From assembly GCA_963719085.1 (NCBI GenBank), contig CAVRAL010000004.1, positions 864,001 to 928,000 on the forward strand: a stretch of DNA of 64,000 nt. Reading direction: 5' to 3'. The stretch comes from a candidate division FCPU426 bacterium (lineage in GTDB: Bacteria > Oederibacteriota > Muellerivitia > Muellerivitales > Muellerivitaceae). A program made the position numbers and the translations under genes. The notes under the pieces were generated by a model, which did no database searches, was not told where the DNA came from, and saw nothing but the letters and a program-made list of their open reading frames with translations. Below, in pieces: positions 28,425 through 38,839 of this stretch (its first letter is position 1; every line of letters begins with the position of its first letter).

Positions 28425-28766
28425 ATGAAAAATAAGAAAGTTTCGAAATATTATTCAAGAGACCGGGTTGTCGAAAAAATTTCGGCGAAGAAAAACCCTA
28501 GGTCATCGCGTCCTCGGCTTCAAGCGACCATCACAAAGGCCTGGTTCGGGAAAAAATCGGACCGGGCGGATTTAGACTATTGGTTAAGCAGGCCTCCCTC
28601 GGAGCGTATTGAGGCCGTGGAATTCCTGCGAAAGAAGCATTATGGAAGCTCAACCCGACTTCAAAGAACTGTCCAGGTTATTAAATCGGCGCAACATGCG
28701 ACGGAAAAACGGGCTGCGGGGCGGAAAAAAGATTTGGCGGATTTAGAAGCGATGGGTGAAGAATGA
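28425..28766 (+). pseudogene. Collapsed two-gene module: small partner gene fused to the remnant of a nucleotidyltransferase gene
   Basis: DLDYWLSRPPSERIEAVEFLR..RLQR; overlapping ATG 28642 gives MEAQPDFKELSRLLN; tail KRAAGRKKDLADLE follows immediately in another frame. Confidence 0.65.
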
Positions 28767-28853
28767 CCTCTCAATGGGGCAGGTTGTCTAATTAAGCCAA
28801 TGAAAAAAAGGTCGAAGACGCTGAGGCGGTTCCAGTCTCAACCGAAATAACCA

Positions 28854-29447
28854 TTAATTTTTAAGGTTTTTCGGCACGGCCAGCAGGGTGAAGTCATTCA
28901 CCTTATCCCAAACTTTTTTGAAGTTGATCAAGGGCATGGCCAGCTCGCCCCGGACCGGGTCCAGCAGGACAATCGTATTGGTGCCTTCGTCATAACCCAC
29001 CGCTAAAACATAGTGGTTTTTGTCAGGTCCGTTTCCCTCAACCATCACAATCAAGGGCCTTTTGAGGTCCAAATGGCGGTAAAGCCCCGAGAACTTGCGG
29101 TCTAAGGTGCCTGAAAAGACCGCCACGAAATAGCCCTGTTCCTCTAAAACCCGCTTTAAGGTCGATCCGGTTATGCCTTTTTCCTGATTGGCTTCCTTCT
29201 TGAGCCGCGCTTCCTGATCCGGCGTTAACAGCGCGTTGTAATAGCGCGTCAGCATTTCCAAAGCCACTTCGCCGCAAAGGTTGGGGGAGGTTTGGCGCAC
29301 CACGGGAAGATCCAAAAGAACGGCTTGGTCGGAAAGCGTCTTCATTCCTGAAGTCGTGGCGCAGCTGATTGAAAGAAGTGAAAGACCTAAGAGAAGAGCG
29401 GGCGAATAAAAGTTTTTAAGGTTCAAAGTTTGGCTTTCGTGAGGCAA
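28854..29447 (-). CDS. C39-like cysteine peptidase, lipoprotein
   Basis: Lipobox SISC; LPVVRQ..NLCG (Cys), NHYVLAVGYD (His), LLDP (Asp). Confidence 0.8.
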   Translation of the reverse strand: MPHESQTLNLKNFYSPALLLGLSLLSISCATTSGMKTLSDQAVLLDLPVVRQTSPNLCGEVALEMLTRYYNALLTPDQEARLKKEANQEKGITGSTLKRVLEEQGYFVAVFSGTLDRKFSGLYRHLDLKRPLIVMVEGNGPDKNHYVLAVGYDEGTNTIVLLDPVRGELAMPLINFKKVWDKVNDFTLLAVPKNLKN

Positions 29448-29637
29448 TCAATTTGAGAAGCCCAGTGTAGTGGGCGCGGGAGCGAATAAATAGAAGCGGG
29501 AAAACTTTTAGGCGAAAAAAAGAAACTATCAGAATGATAGCGGTGAAATAAAAAGGGATTGTCTATTCGTATTTCACGAAAAGGTTTCTAGAGTGTGGTT
29601 GAAGTCAATTGAGGATTTTTTTGAAAAGGCGGACGTG

Positions 29638-29976
29638 ATGAAAAAGATTATAGCTTTGGCAGCGGTGATTTGTTTGGTGTTAATGGGAGTGACCCAAAAA
29701 GCGGCGGCGGGCCCGGTGCCGCTTTCGGCGCAAGAAAGTTCCCAGTTGAACGAGCTTTCGGGCAACAGCCATCTTCTTAATTTAAAAGCCGGCGGTTCTT
29801 TTCCGGATATGCCGAGGGCGATGGAAGCGCGGGAAGAATCATCCTTGAAAGAGCTGGAAGCCGGAACGCCGAACTTGTCCCATTTGAAAGCCGGAGACGG
29901 CCCGGGAACCGTGCTGGTGTGGGTGATCGTCATTTGCGTCTGCGTGGTGCTTTTGCGAATCGTTGGAGTTTTTTAA
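29638..29976 (+). CDS. Small exported protein with two leader-like repeats and a C-terminal TM (PA2779-like)
   Basis: Signal peptide; two repeats ending LKAG; hydrophobic C-terminus. Confidence 0.65.
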   Translation: MKKIIALAAVICLVLMGVTQKAAAGPVPLSAQESSQLNELSGNSHLLNLKAGGSFPDMPRAMEAREESSLKELEAGTPNLSHLKAGDGPGTVLVWVIVICVCVVLLRIVGVF

Positions 29977-30101
29977 GAGGCTGTTGATCCCTTTAACGCC
30001 CGCCCAATGAAAAAAGGCCCCCGTTTGCCTAGGCAACCGGGAGCCTCCTTCGTTTCGACCCTTCCGAACCGTAACCCTTAGACAAAGCACAGGGGTAAAT
30101 C

Positions 30102-30896
30102 TTATTTTCCCAGTAGTTCTTTTCCACGAAGAATGCGGATCGGGTTTGCTTTGATCAGATCCCGCTTTTGGACCGCGGTAAGCAATTTCGTTTCTTTGTG
30201 ATTTTGCTGCTCCGCCCACCGAGCGTAAGCCACCATTTTAGGAAACAGGTTATCGGAGGAGTCGTCGGGCGCCAAATCCGTTCCTGTGATGACCAAGAGG
30301 CGATAGAGCCAGAAATATAATTGTTCTCCCGGCCTTACCTCCACGGATTCGGGCGCGTTGAGGAGTGTGGTTTGGATGAGGCGAAGCGACCCGTCTTTTC
30401 CGGCATCAATCACGTCATTAACGCCGATGGAGTCCGTATTCACCATCACGGCCTTAAAGGAATCGGGTCCCGGAGCGGACAGGAAAAAGATCCATTGGCC
30501 CATTTCGGCGTCCAGGCCATTGCCTCCATTACAGAACATGACAGCAAAATCAGGCTTTCCGTCGCGATTAAAATCACCTTCTAAGACACAGGATCCCCAA
30601 TTGGGATCATCGAAATCGCCAACTCTTGCCAAGACCTGTCCTTGAGACCCGAGGAAGCTGATTTTCCCGCTCTCGGGCTCATAGTGAATCGTGGAGCCTG
30701 TGTCCAATTTAAAGTCTAAGCTAGTGTGGTCCTTATTCCATCCTGGATCGAGGATTACTTTATAAGGAAAGGCTTTCGGTTCTTCGCCGGCATGATAGGG
30801 GCCGAAGCCATCGGGATAAGCTCGCGCGGCGGGGGGGATGGTTAGGCCCCAAGTCAAAATCATAAGGCTGATCAAAATTCGAGGGTTAATGGGCAT
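30102..30896 (-). CDS. Exported hypothetical protein with FG-GAP/VCBS-like motif
   Basis: Signal peptide; GDFNRDGKPDF. Confidence 0.65.
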   Translation of the reverse strand: MPINPRILISLMILTWGLTIPPAARAYPDGFGPYHAGEEPKAFPYKVILDPGWNKDHTSLDFKLDTGSTIHYEPESGKISFLGSQGQVLARVGDFDDPNWGSCVLEGDFNRDGKPDFAVMFCNGGNGLDAEMGQWIFFLSAPGPDSFKAVMVNTDSIGVNDVIDAGKDGSLRLIQTTLLNAPESVEVRPGEQLYFWLYRLLVITGTDLAPDDSSDNLFPKMVAYARWAEQQNHKETKLLTAVQKRDLIKANPIRILRGKELLGK

Positions 30897-31659
30897 TGGT
30901 TTTAAATATCCCCTCATATTCTTTTTGACTGATTTGTTTGAAAGTATCGTCGGAGTTCGCGAAAGTCACTGGACTTGAATTATTCGTGCCCACTAAAAAA
31001 TATCGCCGTTGGTAAGCCAGCTCATCAACATTCTCAAGGAACATTTCGCGCCTCAAATAGTAGGTTCCGTTGGTTAAACGGACCTTGCAGGATTCGGATA
31101 TTTTATCCAGAGGTTCGATTTCGTCCGGTCCCTCGTCCCAAAGGCTGAATATGCCCCACCCTTGTTCCAGGAGAGGCTGATTGATGATATCGGACCAAAG
31201 GCTGGAACCATCAGCTTTTTTCCCTGGGGTTTTTTCGAAAGAACCGTCCACGAGCTTCTCCATTGTATTGTCACTGGTTATGCAATAAACGGTTCCATCA
31301 AAAGGATAAACCGTATCGTCACCGACTTGAAGAACGGGAAGCTCATATTGCCCCACCTTTCCGGCCTTCATCACCAGGATATGGACTACGCGTTTTTGTT
31401 TTTCGGATTCGTTGAGGCCGCTCCCTGGGGCGATGGAATCATCCGCGATTTCAATTCTTCCATAAAAGTCAATGTTGATGCCGACGATCAGCTCATCCCC
31501 CTTCCAATAGGCTTGTAAGTTTTCGGCTGAGGAACGAATGATGTACCGGGCAGGCGGCTGGGCGGTGGAATTAGTTTGCCCGGCGAAAAAGAAAATAACG
31601 GCCATCAAGTTTGGGATGAGAAAGGCAAGGATTCGGCGGGGAGATAATCGAAGGGTCAT
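30886..31659 (-). CDS. Exported hypothetical protein
   Basis: 257-aa ORF with signal-like N-terminus, overlapping the next gene. Confidence 0.6.
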   Translation of the reverse strand: MTLRLSPRRILAFLIPNLMAVIFFFAGQTNSTAQPPARYIIRSSAENLQAYWKGDELIVGINIDFYGRIEIADDSIAPGSGLNESEKQKRVVHILVMKAGKVGQYELPVLQVGDDTVYPFDGTVYCITSDNTMEKLVDGSFEKTPGKKADGSSLWSDIINQPLLEQGWGIFSLWDEGPDEIEPLDKISESCKVRLTNGTYYLRREMFLENVDELAYQRRYFLVGTNNSSPVTFANSDDTFKQISQKEYEGIFKTNAH

Positions 31660-31803
31660 AAGTTCCTGCTTTAAAGTTTAAATATGAATTCAGTATAGAC
31701 TAGGCTTTGGATATTTCCGACGGGTTTTATCGGGGCTTTAAAAGGGGTGGAAATAAAAAAGGCCAAGGGCTTTTGCCCCTGGCCTCGGATTAAAACTTTC
31801 GGA

Positions 31804-32082
31804 TTATTTTCCGAGAACTTCGTCCTTCAAAGCTTTCACCACGCGGAACTTCACGACGCGCTTGGCGGCGATCTTGATGGTCTCGCCGGTGGCCGGGTTG
31901 CGGCCCATGCGGGCTTTGCGGTCCTTCAATTGGAACACGCCGAGGCCGTCGAGCTTGATGACCTTTTCTTTCTTCAAGGTTTTGTAGATCAGGCTGTTCA
32001 GGGCTTGCATCATACTTTCGACTTCCTTCTTCTTAAAACCCGTGTCCGTGGCCAACGTCGTCAACATCTCACTTTTAGTCAC
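31804..32082 (-). CDS. hup: HU family DNA-binding protein
   Basis: MTKSE, GLGVF..RKARMGRNPATGETIKIAAK..VKF; RBS AGGAGG; terminator at about 31755-31785. Confidence 0.95.
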   Translation of the reverse strand: MTKSEMLTTLATDTGFKKKEVESMMQALNSLIYKTLKKEKVIKLDGLGVFQLKDRKARMGRNPATGETIKIAAKRVVKFRVVKALKDEVLGK

Positions 32083-32254
32083 TTGAGCCTCCTGGGGAAT
32101 GAAAACTAAACCGAAAGCATTAATCCAAAATATCCGTTCGTTTACAAGAAGTTTCTTTATCCGGAAGCGTTTTACTCATAAGGCTTTATCGCTTTGATAA
32201 GCCGGTGGTTATCCGGATGAAACAAATCAAACAAATAGCGGAAGGTAGGCGACA

Positions 32255-32917
32255 ATGGGCTCCATGCTCGCTTGGCTGCAGACCCTACTGACCCATGACG
32301 GCTACTGGATTATTTTCCTTGGTTTATTCCTGAACAACCTGGGCGTGCCGGGGCCGGGCAACACCCTTTTATTGGGCGCCGGCTTAATGGTGGCCAAGGG
32401 CGCGCTTTCGCTTCCCTGGACCCTGACTTGGGCCACCTGGGGCGTCTTTATGGGCACCAACTGCGGTTACTGGCTGGGGCAGCGCTATGGCCGCCGCCTG
32501 CTTGAAAAATTCAGCTGGCTTCAGTTGACCCACCAACGGATCCGGCATCTGGAGCATTTTTTTAAACGCTACGGGGCCAAGGGCGTTTTTTTCGCGCGCT
32601 TCGTGACGCTGTTCCATCCCGTAATCGGCTTGCTGGCGGGGATCGGAAAAACCCCCCAGGGATCTTTTTTAGCCTACAACCTGGCGGGCTCGGCCGTTTA
32701 CGCCCTGCTTTACACGATGGCGGGGGATTATTTCGGGAAAAAATTCGGCCTGCACGCGCTTTGGAAGATCCACACGATCCTTTACCTGCTTGTCCTCGGG
32801 ATCGTGGCCGCCTTACTGGTCCATTTTTGGCGGCATCGGATTTTCACTATTTTTGGGTTCACCTTTTATAAAGTAAAAGCGAAAGGATTTTGGGATCGAA
32901 GAAAGCGTCCCCGTTAG
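32255..32917 (+). CDS. DedA family membrane protein
   Basis: GVPGPGNTLL, GYWLG..YG, F.RYG..VFFARF, F..YN. Confidence 0.88.
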   Translation: MGSMLAWLQTLLTHDGYWIIFLGLFLNNLGVPGPGNTLLLGAGLMVAKGALSLPWTLTWATWGVFMGTNCGYWLGQRYGRRLLEKFSWLQLTHQRIRHLEHFFKRYGAKGVFFARFVTLFHPVIGLLAGIGKTPQGSFLAYNLAGSAVYALLYTMAGDYFGKKFGLHALWKIHTILYLLVLGIVAALLVHFWRHRIFTIFGFTFYKVKAKGFWDRRKRPR

Positions 32918-34758
32918 CAGCAGCCGTAATCCGGAATATCCGGCAGGGGATGAACGGGTTTTTTCAAAGCCTTCGGGTGTTTCTTTAGAACCAAAATTAA
33001 ATACCAGCGGTTCAGCGACTCGACCAAAATCACCAGCGCGCATCCCATAATGATGAGCGTCATGGCCATGTTGGCGTAGGCCGTCACGGCCTTGCCCGGC
33101 ACCTGGGCCAGGTTGTAATTGTTCACCACAATCAAGGCGCAGGCCGATAGCGTGGTCACCGCCACAAACAACATGGGGATAAACGTCACCCAGGCGTATT
33201 TGGCCTTGCCCGCGTTAATGAGCGCGCTGGTGGCCACCGCCAGGGCCACGCTGGCCAAAAGCTGGTTGGCCGCGCCGAACATGGGCCAGATGGTGCTGAC
33301 GGTGCCGGTGGAGAGCAAATAAATCCACCCGCCCACCACGAGGGCTGTGGAAAGAAGGGTTCCCGGAATCCACCGGGTATCGCCGAAAGACGGCCAAACC
33401 CGGCCGCCGAATTCCTGGACCAAAAAGCGCGCGATGCGGGTGCCCGCGTCAATCGTGGTCAAAATGAACAAAGCCTCAAACATGATCATGAAATGATAAA
33501 AGTAAGCCATCAGGGTGCTTAAGCCGGGAATGCCCGAAAAGATCTGGGCGAAGCCGACCGCCAGCGACACCGCGCCGCCGGGCCGTCCCGCCACATTTTC
33601 CCCCACGGCTTGGCTCAAGGCGGCGAGGTTGACCGGCGTCATGCCTAAGGCCGCGAATTTATCGGCGGGGACATTGATGGCGAAATAATCCGCCGGGAAA
33701 AGCGAGCAAGAGGCCAGCAGGGCCACGATGCCGACCAGGCCTTCCATCAGCATGGCGCCATAGCCGATCACGCGGGCGTCGGATTCCCTATCCAGCAACT
33801 TGGGCGTGGTGCCGGAAGCCACCAGCGAATGAAAGCCCGAAATGGCGCCGCAGGCGATGGTGATGAACATAAAAGGGAAAAGCTTGCCCGGAATGATGGG
33901 CCCGCCGCCGTGGATGTAGGAAGTGAAGGCCGGCATTTGTAAATTGGGATGCACCCAGATGATGCCGACGACCAAAGCCGCGATGGTGCCGATCTTCATA
34001 TAAGAGCTCAAGTAATCCCTTGGGGTGAGCAACACCCAGATGGGCAGGATCGAGGCCGCGCAGGCATAGAGGCCTAAGGCGATAATGACACCCTCGCGGG
34101 ACAGGCGCAGGTAAGGGTCCAAGGGTGAGCCGGGAATGAGATTGCCGAAGATGACGGCGAGAAAGACCAAGCTCACGCCGATGGCGCTGGCCTCGGCGAT
34201 TTTGCCGGACCTCAATTTGGACATCCAAAATCCCACCAACAACGCGATGGGGATCGTCATGCCGATGGAAAAAATTCCCCAGGGGCTGTCCTTCAAAGCG
34301 TTTACCACCGTGATGCCAAGCCCGGCCAAGGCCACCACCACAATAATGAGAATCGCGATCGAGCCGACCACGCCGGCCAGGGGGCTGATCTCATGCCGGG
34401 CGATTTCCGCCAGCGATTTTCCTTCGCGGCGCACGGAGGCCATCAAGATCATAAAATCCTGCACCGCGCCGGCCAGGCACACGCCAATGAGCAGCCACAA
34501 AAAGCCCGGGCAAAAGCCGAACTGGGCGGCCAGCACGGGGCCGATGAGGGGGCCCGAGCCCGCGATGGCGGCGAAGTGATGGCCGAAGACCACCCACTTG
34601 TTGGTGGGCTGGTAATTGTGGCCGTCGGCCAGGGCATGGGCGGGGGTCACGCGGTTGTCGTCGAGCACGACGACCTTATCGGCTAAAAACGCGCCGTAAT
34701 AGCGGTAGGCGATCACCATGATGAGCAAAGCGCCGAGGATTAAGGGGAGTACGTTCAC
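32914..34758 (-). CDS. cstA: Carbon starvation protein A transporter
   Basis: GHHFAAIAGSGPLIGP, PRDYLS, ITIACGAISGFHSL.SGTT, GYGAMLME, WPMFGAANQ. Confidence 0.95.
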   Translation of the reverse strand: MNVLPLILGALLIMVIAYRYYGAFLADKVVVLDDNRVTPAHALADGHNYQPTNKWVVFGHHFAAIAGSGPLIGPVLAAQFGFCPGFLWLLIGVCLAGAVQDFMILMASVRREGKSLAEIARHEISPLAGVVGSIAILIIVVVALAGLGITVVNALKDSPWGIFSIGMTIPIALLVGFWMSKLRSGKIAEASAIGVSLVFLAVIFGNLIPGSPLDPYLRLSREGVIIALGLYACAASILPIWVLLTPRDYLSSYMKIGTIAALVVGIIWVHPNLQMPAFTSYIHGGGPIIPGKLFPFMFITIACGAISGFHSLVASGTTPKLLDRESDARVIGYGAMLMEGLVGIVALLASCSLFPADYFAINVPADKFAALGMTPVNLAALSQAVGENVAGRPGGAVSLAVGFAQIFSGIPGLSTLMAYFYHFMIMFEALFILTTIDAGTRIARFLVQEFGGRVWPSFGDTRWIPGTLLSTALVVGGWIYLLSTGTVSTIWPMFGAANQLLASVALAVATSALINAGKAKYAWVTFIPMLFVAVTTLSACALIVVNNYNLAQVPGKAVTAYANMAMTLIIMGCALVILVESLNRWYLILVLKKHPKALKKPVHPLPDIPDYGCC

Positions 34759-34894
34759 GCGAAGTCTCCAAGGGATTTTTTTAAGACAGGCTTAACTTAT
34801 CGGGTTTGTCAAAAGCCGTCAACCCAAGCCCTTCCGGGGGCCCGTTATTTTCCCGCAAAATTTGGCCCCCGGCGGGTCATAATAGAAGTTCGTT

Positions 34895-36913
34895 TTGCCC
34901 AAGAAAGGAATTTTCGTGGCCGCCAAATCCCCACCCGCGTTTTTATTAGGCTTGGTCTTCGCGGTCTTCCTGATTTCCAACGCGGTCCTGGCCTATTCCC
35001 CGCTTCCCGCGCCGGTCAAAATAGGCTGGGGATTATTGGGGATTTTAGCCCCCGGCTTGGCGCTTTTTTTACGGCCTCAGTGGTTCGGCCTTGGCCGGGA
35101 AAAGGCGGGAGACCGGATCCTACCCGCGCTTTCCCCGATGGTCCTGGCGCTGATGGCCGCGCTGGCGCTTTTCCTGCGTTTTTACCGGTTGGCGGATTTT
35201 TCCACTTGGCCCTCCACCGACGAGGGTTGGATCAACGCTTACGCGCTGGACCTTTCCCAAAAGTGGGATTGGAAATTGTTGTACGGTTTTGAAAAGGCGA
35301 CCCCCTTTTATATTTGGGTCCAGGCGGGGGTTTTTAAAATCCTAAAACCTTCGCTGTTCAGCCTCTGGTTGACGCCGGCGGTTTTTTCCCTGGCGGCCCT
35401 GGGCATGAGCTTCGCCGCCGCCAAACAATTTTTTCCCCCGCGATTTTCCCTGCTTTGCGCTTTGTTGATGGCCTTCGGCTTTTGGCCTTTACTGACCGGA
35501 CGCATCGGGCTGGGCGGAACAGCGTTTTGTTTTTTGGAATTGGCGGTTTTGGCCCTTTTCGGGAAGCTTTTAAAAGAGAAACGGCCGGCTTGGCGCCGGA
35601 TCCTGGCGGGCTTATGGGGCCTGGTCCTGGTTTGCGGGTTTTACACGGGCTATCTTTATTGGGCCGGTTTTTGTTTTTTGTTCCTGGTCTTCCTGCTGGC
35701 CACGCCGCTCCACAAAAAAATAACCGGGGAAGAATGGGGGATCCTGGCGTTGGTCCAACTGATCCTGCTGGCGCCCTTGGCTTGGGCTTTTTTGGCCCAG
35801 GGCTTGGGCCATTATGTGAACAGTCTTTGGGCTTTTAACCCTCAAAGCCAATGGGCGCCCGGAACTTATACGCCCCTTTCTTATATAACGTCACTTTTAT
35901 GGTGGGCCGACCCATCGGGATTCATCTATCGGCCCCAATGGGGAGGTTTCTTAAATCCGGTCGCGGGGTCCTTTTTTCTTTTGGGATTAGGGGCCGCCTT
36001 TTACCGCCGCCAAGCCTATTGGAGGTGGATTTTTGGGGCCCTTCTTTTTTTACTGATGCCGGGTCTCTTGTCGAAGACCTATGAGATGTTCCGGATCATT
36101 TCTTTGCTGCCCCTGCTGGTGTTGGTGACGGCCTTAGGGATCCAGTTTTTCATCGCCCGGCTTTCCCCGAAAGTTTGGGTATTGGCCGGGTTGTTCTGCC
36201 TTTCCCTGGGGCTGGACAGCTACCACTTGTTCGGCGCCTACCGCCAGGCCTGGGCGAATCCCGGGCCGTCCTGGCAGCATTTCAAATCCTTGGAGCGGTG
36301 GCGGGCTTTTGAGGCGCTGCGGGCCCAAAGCCGCGAGGACGGGCCGGGATTTATTTTGGCTGATTTCATCGACCGTAATTTCGACCCCAGCCTGGACTTG
36401 GCGACCTTTAGCTTCAACGCCGCCGAAAATCCGGCGCTTTCCGGAACCCACCCCCAATGGGTGGCTATTTTATTTCCGGACCACCTGCGGCCTTTTCTTC
36501 AAAAGCGCTTTCCCCAGGGGCGGTGGATGGAGCTTGCCCAGGGCCTGCCGCCCTCATTTGAAAATAAATGCTTAGGCATATTGCCGAACCGGCCCCAGGA
36601 CCAGGCGGTTTTTTCGGCCTGGATCCGGGCGGACCTGGCCTTTTCCCAGGTGGCCCGGCGGATGCGCTATTCCCCGAATCAAATGACCTACCAACAATTA
36701 CGGGAGGCCCTGGCGGCCCTTCAGCCCGCGGCCGGGTCCGATCCCTTGCTGGAATCCTGTTTTGACCAAAAAATGGTGAACACCTTTGACGCGCAAACCG
36801 AGGCGGCGCAGGCGCTCTTTTTCGTCCGCCGGGCCATCCAATGGGGTTATCCCAGCGCTTATTTTATCGAACAGCGCCAAAAACTTCTCCAAACCCTCCG
36901 GGGGCCGGTATGA
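34895..36913 (+). CDS. Polytopic GT-C glycosyltransferase (ArnT/PMT-like)
   Basis: LFLRFYRL..TDEG first-loop motif; many TM helices. Confidence 0.7.
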   Translation: MPKKGIFVAAKSPPAFLLGLVFAVFLISNAVLAYSPLPAPVKIGWGLLGILAPGLALFLRPQWFGLGREKAGDRILPALSPMVLALMAALALFLRFYRLADFSTWPSTDEGWINAYALDLSQKWDWKLLYGFEKATPFYIWVQAGVFKILKPSLFSLWLTPAVFSLAALGMSFAAAKQFFPPRFSLLCALLMAFGFWPLLTGRIGLGGTAFCFLELAVLALFGKLLKEKRPAWRRILAGLWGLVLVCGFYTGYLYWAGFCFLFLVFLLATPLHKKITGEEWGILALVQLILLAPLAWAFLAQGLGHYVNSLWAFNPQSQWAPGTYTPLSYITSLLWWADPSGFIYRPQWGGFLNPVAGSFFLLGLGAAFYRRQAYWRWIFGALLFLLMPGLLSKTYEMFRIISLLPLLVLVTALGIQFFIARLSPKVWVLAGLFCLSLGLDSYHLFGAYRQAWANPGPSWQHFKSLERWRAFEALRAQSREDGPGFILADFIDRNFDPSLDLATFSFNAAENPALSGTHPQWVAILFPDHLRPFLQKRFPQGRWMELAQGLPPSFENKCLGILPNRPQDQAVFSAWIRADLAFSQVARRMRYSPNQMTYQQLREALAALQPAAGSDPLLESCFDQKMVNTFDAQTEAAQALFFVRRAIQWGYPSAYFIEQRQKLLQTLRGPV

Positions 36914-38832
36914 GGCGGATTTGGACCTTTTGGTTTTGGTCGGCGGCCCTCTTCGCGGCGGGCACCGGCTTGGGCGGCTGGCTTTGGAGCCGGATCCAAT
37001 TCCCATTTTCGAATCCAGAGCAGGTGGTCGGGCCCTCGGCGCTGAATCCTTTCAACGACCTGGCGGGGTTCGCGCTGTTCGTGGGACTGCCCTCCCTGTT
37101 TTGGATTTTGTTTCATTTTTGGACGCGCGGTCATTTTTCACCGCCGCCGGGCCGCGCGCGACCGCTTCCACCCAAGGACGCGGACCGCGCCGGTCGATTC
37201 CGGCTCCTCCTTTGGGCGGGGCTGGCCCTTTTGGCCTTGGTCATCGCGCTGAACGTTCCCACCTACCATGCCTCCGGCCCTTTCGACGCGTTCCATGAGG
37301 GGGAATCCTTGGGCGCGGCGCAGTCCCTGGCGGCCCATCAGGCGCCTTACGGTGATTTTTTCTTTTTCCACGGTTGGTTCCAGGATCCGGGCCGGTCCTG
37401 GGCCGCCTTCCAGTTATTCGGGACTTCCATCGGGGCCCAACGGACCCTGGAATCCATCCTGAAGGTCCTGCTTTGGCTTTTGTTGGCGGTCTTTTTGGCC
37501 CGGACCTTCCGCCAAAACCCGGTTTGGGCCTTCGCGGCGCTTTTATCCGTGGCTTTTTTTTATGTGCCTTTTATTTTCGACGGGCTCGTGGAGCCCTTTT
37601 TGCGGTCCACGGATCCGGCCGCGGTTTTGGACGCCTTCCAAAAATGGCGGCCCTGGCTGGAACCTTTCCATTGGATCATCCTGTCGGGGCGCGACCTTTT
37701 GGTGTTGGCCTTCCTGGCGGTGGTGGGGCGCATGGGGGAATTTATTTCCCGGGGACCGCTGAAAAAAGAAAAGGCCCGGTTTTTTTTCGCGGCGGCCGGG
37801 TTGAGCCTGATCCCGCTTTTGGCCATGGCCTATTCGGTGGACCGGGGAATTTATCTTTTGGGGACCGGGGCCTTTTTTTCAGTTTTATTTTATTTTTTGT
37901 TTTCCCGAAAGGACGCGCGGGCCCTCTACGTGTGGGCGCTGGCCGCCGGGCTCCTGGCGGGCCTGTTGGCCTTGGGAGCGGCGATTCAATGGAATGGGGG
38001 CGGATTCGCGCGTTATGTTTTCCTGGACTTACCGCGCTATAAAATGTTGACGGATAAACTGGCCTATCCCCTGGGCCTGGGGGGCGGGAAGTTTTTCCTG
38101 GCCGCGGGGCTGGCGGCGCTGGCGCTTTTTCGCTGGACGCAGGCCTGGCTGTCCTTTCCCGGCCCGGCCCGGGACTTTTTCGCCCGTTATGCCGTGGAAA
38201 CGGCCCTGTTGTTTCTGGGGCTCTTTTGCTTCCGAAATATCCTGGAGCGCCCGGACTTGGACCATTTGGCCTGCGACTCCCTGTGGCTTTTTTTGTTTTT
38301 CCTGTTCGGCCTCTTTCGAAGGGGACAAAGCCTGAAACCTGGAATTTTTTCCCGGGTTTTCCCCCGGGTGATTTTGGCGCTGGCCCTGTTGACGGGCGGG
38401 CTGGGCTTGGTTCGCCTGGAACGCCAGGACCTGCTGGAAAAGAATTTTCCTTCGTGCCGGACGGACCGGGATTTTCTCGACCCCCAGCGCCTGGCGGCGG
38501 TGGATCGGCTTAACGCGGAGCTGAAGCCCGGGGAGCCCTTTTTTACTTGGGGAGTGGACGCGTCCTGGTATTACCTGCTCCACCGCGCCTGTCCCACGCC
38601 CTATCCCTGTTTGTGGGTGGCCGCCCCCGCGGATTTCCAGCGTCAGGTGGTCCAATGCCTGGAGGTGGGGAAGGTCCGGTTGGTGTTGAAGCCCGGGGGG
38701 GATTGGGTTTCCAATATCGACGGCATTTCCGATGAGGCCCGGTTCCCGATTGTGTCCGCTTATATCCGGGCCAACTACGTTTTTTGGCAAAAGGCGGGAA
38801 CGCAGGAAATTTGGATCCGCAAAGGAAGCTGA
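36910..38832 (+). CDS. Polytopic membrane protein, probable GT-C glycosyltransferase
   Basis: DAFHEGE..APYGDFFFFHG motif; ATGA overlap with the upstream gene. Confidence 0.65.
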   Translation: MRRIWTFWFWSAALFAAGTGLGGWLWSRIQFPFSNPEQVVGPSALNPFNDLAGFALFVGLPSLFWILFHFWTRGHFSPPPGRARPLPPKDADRAGRFRLLLWAGLALLALVIALNVPTYHASGPFDAFHEGESLGAAQSLAAHQAPYGDFFFFHGWFQDPGRSWAAFQLFGTSIGAQRTLESILKVLLWLLLAVFLARTFRQNPVWAFAALLSVAFFYVPFIFDGLVEPFLRSTDPAAVLDAFQKWRPWLEPFHWIILSGRDLLVLAFLAVVGRMGEFISRGPLKKEKARFFFAAAGLSLIPLLAMAYSVDRGIYLLGTGAFFSVLFYFLFSRKDARALYVWALAAGLLAGLLALGAAIQWNGGGFARYVFLDLPRYKMLTDKLAYPLGLGGGKFFLAAGLAALALFRWTQAWLSFPGPARDFFARYAVETALLFLGLFCFRNILERPDLDHLACDSLWLFLFFLFGLFRRGQSLKPGIFSRVFPRVILALALLTGGLGLVRLERQDLLEKNFPSCRTDRDFLDPQRLAAVDRLNAELKPGEPFFTWGVDASWYYLLHRACPTPYPCLWVAAPADFQRQVVQCLEVGKVRLVLKPGGDWVSNIDGISDEARFPIVSAYIRANYVFWQKAGTQEIWIRKGS

Positions 38833-38839
38833 CCTCCCG

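Noticed and set aside
22700..31700. Prophage or integrative element
   Set aside because: No integrase, tRNA, att repeats or virion genes seen; the Gp37/Gp68 label alone does not indicate a phage
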